This document shows positions 18,959-27,074 of a stretch of DNA of 39,936 bases, one piece after another. The notes beneath the pieces are model-generated. The model was not told the DNA's origin and ran no database searches. It saw nothing but the letters and a program-made list of their open reading frames with translations. This stretch comes from Methylovulum sp. Lineage in GTDB: Bacteria; Pseudomonadota; Gammaproteobacteria; Methylococcales; Methylomonadaceae. Every line of letters begins with the position of its first letter. Within the stretch, counting starts at the first letter, position 1. A program made the translations under genes and the position numbers. The DNA is taken from positions 1 to 39,936 of the forward strand of contig SCST01000394.1 of assembly GCA_004299465.1 (NCBI GenBank), read 5' to 3'.

Positions 18959-19473
18959 TAATATTGCCGTTAACAAACACAAATGGCAAATAAGGGCGAT
19001 TAAATTTGGGGCATTAGGGCACACCATTACCGACAATTTAAGCTTGGATGGGCATAACCGCTTTTCCGACTTCAATGCCAATGGCATAAATTAGGTGTAA
19101 CAACATTTCCTTACATTGCTCGGTAACACATTGATAAGTATTTTTCTTAATACTTGTCGATAGGCCTACTGTTGTCAAATAAAATATTTTTTTAGTTCAA
19201 AAGTTTGGATCTGGGTGACTGTTTCTAGTGATTTTGAATCAAGAAAAATAATGATTGGAACAGACAGCAATTAGCTGTAAGCCATCTACTATACGCAAAT
19301 TACGAATAATGAGTTTTTCGTACAGGCTATTGAAACTTCAAGCAAACATATCCCTTATTGAACTAATAAAATACGTCAGATATACCTACCAGATAAACGT
19401 TTCTTTACACATTTCGGTGATTATTTTAACGACCCTCCTCCTTGACTTCATACACCCTCAAGCTTTAGCAAAT

Positions 19474-19519
19474 TTTAGCCGCTAAAATTCTTGACACATA
19501 ACTACTGTTTAACTAAACT
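19474..19519 (+). promoter_or_regulatory. korA promoter with OB and OA
   Basis: OB TTTAGCCGCTAAA 19474-19486; -35 TTGACA 19491-19496; 17-bp spacer; -10 TAAACT 19514-19519 overlapped by OA-like GTTTAACTAAAC 19507-19518. Same layout as RK2 korAp. Confidence 0.9.
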
Positions 19520-19591
19520 CCATTAAGGTCTGGCGATTATCACCGCCATTTTTCAGCTAAAGCACTAAACAAATAACGATGGACGATTTTC

Positions 19592-19891
19592 ATGGCGAAA
19601 CGACTCACTTTGGATCAGTTCGAGCAAGTGGTCAGCGGGATGCAATTGAATGCTAAGACAGTGGAAATAGCGCGGGAGGTGCTGGTGGAAGGCAAGCCGC
19701 AAATTGAGTTGGTCGCCGCAACCGGATTAACCAAGGGCGCAATTTCACAAGCCGTCAATCGGGTGTGGCTGGAATATGAAACCAAAGCAAAAGGAGGGGA
19801 GCGGGTATCGGTCGTGCTTCCCGAACATCAAGCGTATATCGTCAAACAATGGGCTGCGCACTTCGCCGACAAACCGGATAAAAAGAAATGA
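19592..19891 (+). CDS. korA: Global repressor KorA (TrfB)
   Basis: KRLT..QF..EIAREVLVEGKPQ..GLTKGAISQAV..LPEHQAYIVKQW. Confidence 0.93.
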   Translation: MAKRLTLDQFEQVVSGMQLNAKTVEIAREVLVEGKPQIELVAATGLTKGAISQAVNRVWLEYETKAKGGERVSVVLPEHQAYIVKQWAAHFADKPDKKK

Positions 19892-20658
19892 AAACGCTTG
19901 TTACGGCTAACCAAAAAGGCGGGGTGGGAAAAACATCAACACTTGTCCACTTGGCATTTGATTTTTTTGAGCGCGGTTTAAAAGTGGCGGTGATTGACCT
20001 TGATGCACAAGCAAACGCCTCCCACACCCTGCAAGCGTTTAAATCCGGCCTGACCGCCAGCGAATTGTTTGCCAGTACGCCGCCTGACTATACCCAAGCT
20101 ACTGCCAATTCTAAGGGCATGATTTTGATTGAATCGGATACCGGGCTGGCTAATATGGACAAAATGACGTTGCAGGAGGCAGGTCGGAATTTTCAAGCAG
20201 CTATCAAAGGGCTGGATGAACAGGGCTACGATGTTTGTCTGATTGATACCGCCCCTTCCCTTGGGGTCACAATGGCGGTGGCCTTGCTTGCATCCGATTA
20301 TGTGCTGTCGCCGATAGAACTGGAGGCATACAGCATTCAAGGCATTAAGCGGATGGTCACCACCATCACCAACATCCGCAGAGCGAATCCAAAGCTGAAA
20401 TTTTTAGGCATGGTTCCCAGCAAGGTTGATGCACGTAACCCTCGTCATGGTCGGCATCTGAAAGAATTGAATCAGGCGTACCCACAATTGATGGTGCCTA
20501 CCGGAATCGGTTTGCGTAGCAGCATCGCCGACGCGCTGGCGTCCTGTGTGCCAGTCTGGAAGATTAAAAAAACAGCCGCCCGTAAAGCGACGCAAGAACT
20601 CAGGGCGCTGGCCGCGCATGTATTTGAAAAAATGGAGATAAGTAATGACAACCGCTAG
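19888..20658 (+). CDS. incC: ParA-family ATPase IncC (IncC2-sized)
   Basis: NQKGGVGKT, IDLDAQAN, IDTAP motifs; between korA and korB. Confidence 0.93.
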   Translation: MKTLVTANQKGGVGKTSTLVHLAFDFFERGLKVAVIDLDAQANASHTLQAFKSGLTASELFASTPPDYTQATANSKGMILIESDTGLANMDKMTLQEAGRNFQAAIKGLDEQGYDVCLIDTAPSLGVTMAVALLASDYVLSPIELEAYSIQGIKRMVTTITNIRRANPKLKFLGMVPSKVDARNPRHGRHLKELNQAYPQLMVPTGIGLRSSIADALASCVPVWKIKKTAARKATQELRALAAHVFEKMEISNDNR

Positions 20659-21751
20659 CACCAATTCCTACGGGCTGGGCTTGGAAGGACTGGGTGATCT
20701 TTCCGCCCTTTTAGACACACCTTCTAACGTTCATCAAGGTAACCCGCTTGAGCTGGATATGAGCCTGATTGATGAAGACCCTAATCAACCGCGCACCGAA
20801 GACAATCCCGGTTTTGCCCACGAAAGCTTAGCCGAGTTGTCGGCCTCTATTCGGCTGCGTGGCGTTAAAACGCCTATCTCTGTTCGTGAAAACCTGGATG
20901 TGCCGGGGCGCTATATCATCAATCATGGCGCCCGCCGGTTCCGTGCATCAAAACGTGCCGACAAGACTACCATCCCGTGTTTCATCGACAATGATTATAT
21001 TGACGATGACCAGGTGATTGAGAATTTGCACCGTGACGGCCTGACTGCGCGTGAGATTGCCGATCACATTGGCCGTAAACTGGCAATGGGTATGAAGAAA
21101 GGCGATATTGCCAAGGCCATTAGCAAGTCGGCGGCGTTTGTGACGCAGCATGTCACGCTACTTGACCTTCCCGATCCGATTGCCGAGATGTTCAATGCCG
21201 GTCGTACCAGAGACGTGACCGTGGTTAATGAATTGGTGACGGCCTACAAAAAAAATCCACAGGAAGTCACCGACTGGCTACTCGACGAAACCCAGGAACT
21301 GACACGGGGAACGGTCAAGTTGTTTCGGGAATTTCTGGATAATAAACGCCGTATTGATGACGAGGATGACAACGACGAGCTTATCAATACGGCACCTGTT
21401 GAGCCTTCGGCTGAAGCTGAAACCATCAACACACCGAGCAATCAAGCTGTTGATGCTGAGGCGGGTCATGTTGTCGCCGAACCAGATGAGGCTGTACAAA
21501 ACCCTCAGGTCAATAACGATGGTGGCAACATCAATGATGCAAAGCCGGTAGTGAAGGAAAAAGCCGTTGAGCCGGCCAAAATCAAAAAAGCGATTGTCCA
21601 GGTTGCACACGAGGGTAGGGCAGCTCGTTTGATGCTTGATCGCCGTCCATCGACAAGCGGCTGGGCATGGTTCAAGTATGAAGACGATGGAGAGGAATTC
21701 GAGGCCGCGTTAGCGACCGTGCAACTGACCGAGATTCTGGAAGGAGTCTAA
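20645..21751 (+). CDS. korB: ParB-family repressor/partition protein KorB
   Basis: DPNQPR, HGARRFRAS box, QVIENL, C-terminal KAIVQV.H..R.ARL..RRP..G.AWFKYEDDG dimerisation domain. Confidence 0.95.
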   Translation: MTTASTNSYGLGLEGLGDLSALLDTPSNVHQGNPLELDMSLIDEDPNQPRTEDNPGFAHESLAELSASIRLRGVKTPISVRENLDVPGRYIINHGARRFRASKRADKTTIPCFIDNDYIDDDQVIENLHRDGLTAREIADHIGRKLAMGMKKGDIAKAISKSAAFVTQHVTLLDLPDPIAEMFNAGRTRDVTVVNELVTAYKKNPQEVTDWLLDETQELTRGTVKLFREFLDNKRRIDDEDDNDELINTAPVEPSAEAETINTPSNQAVDAEAGHVVAEPDEAVQNPQVNNDGGNINDAKPVVKEKAVEPAKIKKAIVQVAHEGRAARLMLDRRPSTSGWAWFKYEDDGEEFEAALATVQLTEILEGV

Positions 21752-21754
21752 GTT

Positions 21755-22105
21755 ATGAAACAACGCCTGATAGTGATGAACGGACAGCGCATCGTTCAGG
21801 GCGAGCAAGACGGGCAATGGCAAAACGAAAAGGTAGAAAAAGCCAATGGCGTCAAGCCGGGCGTCTATAACCTGTATTTGTCGAGCCAGGCCGACAAAAC
21901 CAAAACCTATGCCGGGATTATTTTGCATACCGACAAGAGTCATGTGTATCAGCAAGTCGGGAAGAGTTTTGTTGTGCATCATTATGCCGATTTTAAAAAG
22001 GTGCCCACTGTAGGGCAGACGAAAAGCATCAGCTATGACGAGCAAGGGAAGGCGGTTGCTGTGGATGCTGAAAGCGTTAAGTTAAGTCAGGGGTTATCGC
22101 GATAA
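21755..22105 (+). CDS. kfrB: KfrB (Upf54.8/TraO-like)
   Basis: MKQRLIVMNGQRIVQ..KPGVYNLY..VYQQVGKSFV matches IncP KfrB. Confidence 0.88.
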   Translation: MKQRLIVMNGQRIVQGEQDGQWQNEKVEKANGVKPGVYNLYLSSQADKTKTYAGIILHTDKSHVYQQVGKSFVVHHYADFKKVPTVGQTKSISYDEQGKAVAVDAESVKLSQGLSR

Positions 22106-22106
22106 T

Positions 22107-22119
22107 TTTAGCGGCTAAA
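22107..22119. promoter_or_regulatory. KorB operator OB directly after kfrB
   Basis: TTTAGCGGCTAAA. Confidence 0.9.
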
Positions 22120-22263
22120 ATTGGTTTGTTGTGGTTGATGGCTCTCAATTCTAGTCGAATAACAGCAATATAAAATCAAGAAAAAACTTAAGCAATGCGT
22201 AATATAATCGCGTACTTCTACAATCCACTCGCATTATTCTAATTTCCAAAATTGAGAAAGCCC

Positions 22264-23751
22264 ATGAAAATAATTTTTGATGCTGCAATCGATTTACTTA
22301 AAGAAGTCGGCGTTCACGTTTTAGGTCATGTCTTAGGACACAAAGCCACCAAAAAACATGAGCCGCTTTCGCTCAACGAAGGGCATTATCTCGCGGTGCG
22401 CGAGCAACTTTCAGAGCTTTCCAGTCAGCACGAAGACAATCTCGCCTTGCAACAACAGCGACTAGCTTTGGAAAAAGAAGCACTCGCCGTGCAAACCCAA
22501 CTCAGCAAAGACTATTTAGCCCATCTGCACACCGCGCAACAAAAAGAAGTCGAATTGCGGGTGCAAGAAATTCAGGCAAGTTTTGATACTCACAATTGGT
22601 CGGGCGTGTTAAGTCGGCAAGAAGCAGTAAAATTATTAACTCAAACCGCCGCACAAACACGCTTGTTAATGATTGTGTCTGAACCGGATGTCAGCCCGTC
22701 TTGTCCGCCGTCATTTCAGCACGATTTAGGCAAAGAAGTGCGCGGTAAACTCAAGCAGTTTCTGGAAAAATACTATCCCGCGCATTCCAATGCAACGGTC
22801 GAGTTTTTCGGGAAGTTTTTTAAATCAGAAGTGTTTGATACGGAAATTAAACAGATAGAAGATGTACTCGCGCCCTTGCATTTAGCCACCATTGTCAGCG
22901 ATGTGACGCGCAACGAAGTCATGTTTCATTTACGACTTTGCTTTGGTGCGGATGCGCCCGCGTTTTCGTTGTCGCCTGCGTTTCCCTGGAAAGAGGAACA
23001 CCAGCGGTTAATGGCTGAGGGGATGGATAAAGAGGACAGTTTGGAAGCGGTGCAGAAAGCCATTGTGGATATTCAGCAATTATTGGCAGGGATGTTGGCG
23101 GATATTTATTTCCTGTGGCTCAATCCTTTGCATGAACCGCGTTTGTTTACGTTGGCAGAAGATAAAAGATTTCCAGCGGATTGGTTGGATACGGTGTTTG
23201 CAGCTTTGCGGGATGTGCAAACCAAGCGATTAGCTGAATATGAGAAGGCGTTGCGGGAGAAGGAGCAATCAACAGAGTTAGTGCCAGTTGAATCTAAAAA
23301 AGAAGAGGATTGGCAAACGATAGGCAAATATAAAGTAAAAGAAGGTTTGGCTGTTGATAATGAAACGGGCTTGATGTGGTGTCGGTTTGCAGTCGGTCAA
23401 AAATGGGAAAATGGTACAGTGCAAGGTGAAGCACAAGAAGTTACATGGGAAGAATCATTTTTAATTGCTAACAACTTTAATAGAATGGGTGGTTATGGCG
23501 GTTATACGGATTGGCGATTGCCGACAATAGAGGAGTTGCAAACACTACTTGATAATTATGAAGGTGATAAAAACAAGAAAGTCCAATATATCAATAGTAT
23601 AATTTTTCCTAGAAATTTCTTTATGCTTTGGTCGTCCTTTTCCTCGCCTGGTGATAGTTACGCATGGTGCATGAGGTTCGATTATGGTAAATCCGAAAAC
23701 ACTTTTAAGCAGCACAACTATGGAGTTCGACTCGTGCGTGGCACAAAATAA
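22264..23751 (+). CDS. Multidomain protein with C-terminal Lcl/DUF1566 (C-type-lectin-like) domain
   Basis: DNETGLMW, GYTDWRLPTIEEL, WSS, VRLVRG motifs; N-terminal coiled coil; ATG 22264 (TTG 22252 also possible). Confidence 0.85.
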   Translation: MKIIFDAAIDLLKEVGVHVLGHVLGHKATKKHEPLSLNEGHYLAVREQLSELSSQHEDNLALQQQRLALEKEALAVQTQLSKDYLAHLHTAQQKEVELRVQEIQASFDTHNWSGVLSRQEAVKLLTQTAAQTRLLMIVSEPDVSPSCPPSFQHDLGKEVRGKLKQFLEKYYPAHSNATVEFFGKFFKSEVFDTEIKQIEDVLAPLHLATIVSDVTRNEVMFHLRLCFGADAPAFSLSPAFPWKEEHQRLMAEGMDKEDSLEAVQKAIVDIQQLLAGMLADIYFLWLNPLHEPRLFTLAEDKRFPADWLDTVFAALRDVQTKRLAEYEKALREKEQSTELVPVESKKEEDWQTIGKYKVKEGLAVDNETGLMWCRFAVGQKWENGTVQGEAQEVTWEESFLIANNFNRMGGYGGYTDWRLPTIEELQTLLDNYEGDKNKKVQYINSIIFPRNFFMLWSSFSSPGDSYAWCMRFDYGKSENTFKQHNYGVRLVRGTK

Positions 23752-23831
23752 TTTTTGCTTGTTGGTGTTTAATGCGTTTGGCGGTTGTCAGCACACCCTG
23801 CACCGCTTGAAATAATAACAGGGAGACACAC

Positions 23832-24068
23832 ATGCCAACTATTTTGAGAACAGCCAGTTTTCGTTTTCACTTCTATTCCAATGAAGGCAATGAGCCACCG
23901 CATATCCATGTACGATGCGCTGATGGCGAATGTAAGTTTTGGCTAGAACCTATTGGTCTTGCCAGTAATCGCGGCATTACACCGACCGATTTACGCAAAG
24001 TTGAACAACTCGTTTTTGAAAACAAAAAACTGTTACAGGACAAATATCATGAATATCACAACCTTTAA
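23832..24068 (+). CDS. DUF4160 (HicA-like/DhiT-like) putative toxin
   Basis: MPTILR..FRFHFYSNEG.EPPHIHV..ECKFWL; GGGAG RBS. Confidence 0.85.
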   Translation: MPTILRTASFRFHFYSNEGNEPPHIHVRCADGECKFWLEPIGLASNRGITPTDLRKVEQLVFENKKLLQDKYHEYHNL

Positions 24069-24321
24069 ATCCGAACCCGTTGCCATTAAAGCGTGGGCAG
24101 AAAAACGCTATATTTACCTTGAATTAACCGATGGACGAATATTTGGCTTTCCTGCTGACCGCTTTCGCATTCTCAGCCAAGCCACTGAAGAACAACTTAA
24201 AGCCGTTGCTTGTGAGTTAAACGGTTATGCGTTGCGTTGGGAGGAATTGGATGAAGATTTAACGGTCAGTGGTATTGTCGCTGGGCAATTTCAACTGCCT
24301 TTATCGAAACAAGCTGCATAG
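24049..24321 (+). CDS. DUF2442 putative antitoxin
   Basis: LELTDGR, ATEEQL, LRWEELDEDL motifs. Start moved to ATG 24049 behind AGGA; overlaps the DUF4160 gene. Confidence 0.85.
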   Translation: MNITTFKSEPVAIKAWAEKRYIYLELTDGRIFGFPADRFRILSQATEEQLKAVACELNGYALRWEELDEDLTVSGIVAGQFQLPLSKQAA

Positions 24322-24325
24322 CATT

Positions 24326-24676
24326 ATGCAAGCAATCGAATTTGAAACAACCGCCCGTAACCACTTTATTCGCATTCCCGATAATGTCCCTGACGGTATT
24401 TTAATCAGGGTTTTGCTGCTGGTTAATGACAAAGTCGTAACGCAAGATGCATCCGATGACCTAAAAACCTTATTGACGACTGTTGCCGAAGGTCTGGATG
24501 AGTCTGATTTTGAACGGATACGCGATTTTGGCAGGGTGTATGAAGATAACTTAAAAGATAATTCACAGCGATTGACTAAAAAATGGGATGTCTTTTTCGC
24601 TTCTAAAAGTGTTTTTGATGATGACTTTCTCGCGGAAAGGGATAACGACATACCGCAAGAGCGGAAGTTTTATTAA
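24326..24676 (+). CDS. Orphan antitoxin-like protein, possibly chimeric
   Basis: ATG 4 nt after the DUF2442 stop; AbrB-like N-terminus (FETT..IRIP) and VapB-like acidic tail (WDVFF..DDDFL.ER..PQER). Confidence 0.55.
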   Translation: MQAIEFETTARNHFIRIPDNVPDGILIRVLLLVNDKVVTQDASDDLKTLLTTVAEGLDESDFERIRDFGRVYEDNLKDNSQRLTKKWDVFFASKSVFDDDFLAERDNDIPQERKFY

Positions 24677-24701
24677 TGGTCATGCTATTTTTAGGAAAAA
24701 T

Positions 24702-24714
24702 TTTAGCCGCTAAA
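24702..24714. promoter_or_regulatory. KorB operator OB between the cargo block and traM
   Basis: TTTAGCCGCTAAA. Confidence 0.9.
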
Positions 24715-24770
24715 ATTAGTCTGCCGTGATCGATGCCGCTTTATGGTATCTGAACAAACCACGCCAGCTA

Positions 24771-25214
24771 TTAGTGAGTGCTTATCCATAACAAAACTGC
24801 TGCGGCCAAAATAGTGAGGCAAGAGGCCAGTAGGTTCATGGCACTGATACGGTAGGAATCGCGGATAGGGTGAGCGATGCGGCTTAATGAGGCGTCCACC
24901 TCTGTTTTTATCGTTGCCACAAACTCTTTTGCACCCGCCTGTAGCAATTGCTCCATTGATGCTTTACTGGCATTCAGTGACGCATTTAGAATGCGTTCCG
25001 CCTTGTCTTTGGCGTCAGCACTCCATCTTAACGAGATGTCTTCCAGCTCTGATTTGAACTGATCGAGCATTTCTTGCTGGGCTTTCTGACTTTCCTGCAT
25101 CAATCGCTTATTGATGGTTTGCAATATCAATATGGGGTCATCGCGACCGACGGCTATGCCGTGCTTGACCGCGATTTCCTTAATCAGCTCTTCCACTTCC
25201 GTTTCCTGGCTCAT
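24771..25214 (-). CDS. traM: TraM
   Basis: IAVKHGIAVGRDDPILILQTIN matches RP4 TraM. Confidence 0.9.
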   Translation of the reverse strand: MSQETEVEELIKEIAVKHGIAVGRDDPILILQTINKRLMQESQKAQQEMLDQFKSELEDISLRWSADAKDKAERILNASLNASKASMEQLLQAGAKEFVATIKTEVDASLSRIAHPIRDSYRISAMNLLASCLTILAAAVLLWISTH

Positions 25215-25940
25215 CTACAGCACCGATGCGCTATCCATTTGATCGTACAGTTGTGCCTTGATTATTTTAAGCCGCTGACGTGTCATGATCGTATTGGTTT
25301 CCAAGGCAATGGCTTCATCGAAAGTCAATCGGTCTTGCAGCATTTCGCTTAAATCCCGACCGAAGGTCTCTTCTTTCAGGTTCGGTATCCGCACAATGGC
25401 CGACACGCGTGATTTATTGGCGGTGTATGCCTTCAGTTGTTCGAAGCTTTTGCCTTCATGTTCAATCGGCCCCCAATAGGGATTTAGCCAGACGACGAAC
25501 AGTGCTTCTGTCGGGTACTGACCGGCGAGTTGCCCGAATCCGGCGACTGTATCAAGCAGCGCCTGTCCACCGGTAATGACAGTATGTATCACCAATTCAT
25601 GCCCCATGCTGTGAAGCAATTCGGGGACGTTATTCGTTATCAGGTAGTGCGACAGCGGAACAAACGAACTGGCGCCGTTATCGATGATGACATCATGTTC
25701 CGATGGGGCGATTATTTCAATCAGCGCGTCGAAATGCCGCGAATTTATTTCATCGCCCTCCATGATCTGGAGTTTATGCACATTCAATGCCTTGTACCCA
25801 AACAGCGTGGAATTCACCGGATCGGTGTCAACGCATTTGGGGTGTTGCCCTTTGCTGGTTTTGTACTGGGCAAGAGCGGCGGCAATCAGCGATTTTCCAA
25901 CACCGCCTTTTCCTTGTAAAACCATGTGTATTTTTGCCAT
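25215..25940 (-). CDS. traL: TraL (P-loop protein)
   Basis: MAKIHMVLQGKGGVGKS, DTDPVN, IDNGASSFVPL. Confidence 0.93.
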   Translation of the reverse strand: MAKIHMVLQGKGGVGKSLIAAALAQYKTSKGQHPKCVDTDPVNSTLFGYKALNVHKLQIMEGDEINSRHFDALIEIIAPSEHDVIIDNGASSFVPLSHYLITNNVPELLHSMGHELVIHTVITGGQALLDTVAGFGQLAGQYPTEALFVVWLNPYWGPIEHEGKSFEQLKAYTANKSRVSAIVRIPNLKEETFGRDLSEMLQDRLTFDEAIALETNTIMTRQRLKIIKAQLYDQMDSASVL

Positions 25941-26323
25941 TACAAATAATCCTCTTTTTTGGGGGATGAATCAAAGATGAAGCCGGATTGTTGCGGCTTC
26001 GTTGTTGTTGGTTTGGATTCCTGTTTTACGCTTTCTTTTTTCTTTGGCGTTGGCTGTTGTCCGGTTTTGGTGTTAGCGGTAATCACCAGGTCATTGCCTC
26101 GACGGATTAGGCGGTTTGTGTAATTCAGGAAGGTGTCATAGCCAAATTCAATCCGTTTGTTTTCAAACATGTGTTCCCATATTGTTTTAACCGCATAGCC
26201 TTCGCCCAACGCTTCTTGTACGTCAGCTTTGACGGCCAGGAACGCCACCAGATTTTTATCCCTTTTCCTGGATTGTTTTTTCTTGATCCATTCGCCAAGC
26301 TGATCGGAATAACGTTTGCTCAT
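25940..26323 (-). CDS. traK: oriT-binding protein TraK
   Basis: VAFLAVKADV..GY..KTIWEH..YDTFL; adjacent to oriT. Confidence 0.9.
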   Translation of the reverse strand: MSKRYSDQLGEWIKKKQSRKRDKNLVAFLAVKADVQEALGEGYAVKTIWEHMFENKRIEFGYDTFLNYTNRLIRRGNDLVITANTKTGQQPTPKKKESVKQESKPTTTKPQQSGFIFDSSPKKEDYL

Positions 26324-26510
26324 TTCAATTATGCGTCAATTGTTTTTCTGTTGAGGTCAATTACATGCCGTTTATTGCCTATTAATTCCGATTGCAGGCC
26401 GGTTAGTTATAATTTCGATATAGTGTATATTAAAACTGGTTTATAATACTAAAAAAATAGTATATATCGAATTTGTATTGATATTATTTCCTGGTGTAAC
26501 CGATCGTCAG

Positions 26511-26627
26511 ATCCGGGCAAGATGTGTGAAGTTAGCTAACCTGTAAACCGGTTATCTATCTTCACTTCCCTTATTCGCGCTACGCACTCAACGGACATTT
26601 TGCTCTGCGAGGCGGACGGCTACCGCC
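26511..26627 (-). other. oriT: Origin of transfer (oriT), predicted nic between 26518 and 26517 on the minus strand
   Basis: Minus strand ACATCTTG^CCCGG fits the IncP nick consensus. 16-bp inverted repeat 26526-26541/26550-26565 (14/16 match). Downstream TCCCTTATTCGC..CTCAACGG..TGCTCTGCGAGGC..GGCTACCGCC is as in RP4. Confidence 0.9.
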
Positions 26628-26662
26628 TTTAGTTAATACGGCTAAAACTGCTTTGAGGTTTT

Positions 26663-27040
26663 ATGATGGAAAAAGACAAACAACATCACACCCGGAAGCA
26701 TGGCCTACATCTTCGCGTACCCGTGCTTCCAGAAGAAGAATCGTTAATTAAGCGGAATGCCGAGCGGGCGGGTTTAACGGTTGCGGCTTACTTGCGCAAT
26801 GTAGGTATGGGCTATGAAATCCGTGGCATTGTTGATAACAACGAGGTCGAGAAGCTAGCAAAAATAAACGGCGATCTTGGCCGCCTAGGCGGTCTTCTCA
26901 AGCTTTGGTTGACTAATGACGTTCGTACAGCGCAGTTCGGCGAGTCCACCATCCGGGCGGCATTAGCCCGCATCGAAGATACGCAAGACAAAATGATTGA
27001 TGTGATGAGGTCTATCGTCAGGCCACGGGCGGGGAAGTGA
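26663..27040 (+). CDS. traJ: Relaxosome protein TraJ (RHH)
   Basis: AGLTVAAYLR, LAKINGDLGRLGGLLKLWL. Confidence 0.93.
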   Translation: MMEKDKQHHTRKHGLHLRVPVLPEEESLIKRNAERAGLTVAAYLRNVGMGYEIRGIVDNNEVEKLAKINGDLGRLGGLLKLWLTNDVRTAQFGESTIRAALARIEDTQDKMIDVMRSIVRPRAGK

Positions 27041-27044
27041 TTTT

Positions 27045-27057
27045 TTTAGCGGCTAAA
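27045..27057. promoter_or_regulatory. KorB operator OB between traJ and traI
   Basis: TTTAGCGGCTAAA. Confidence 0.9.
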
Positions 27058-27074
27058 ATTTTTAGAGTGCTTGC

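Noticed and set aside
19255-19485. 76-aa ORF upstream of korA
   Set aside because: TTG start without RBS, no family resemblance, and it ends inside the korAp operator
22264-23751. Complete diversity-generating retroelement
   Set aside because: No reverse transcriptase, Avd-like gene or template repeat is visible in the window; kept only as a trans-target hypothesis
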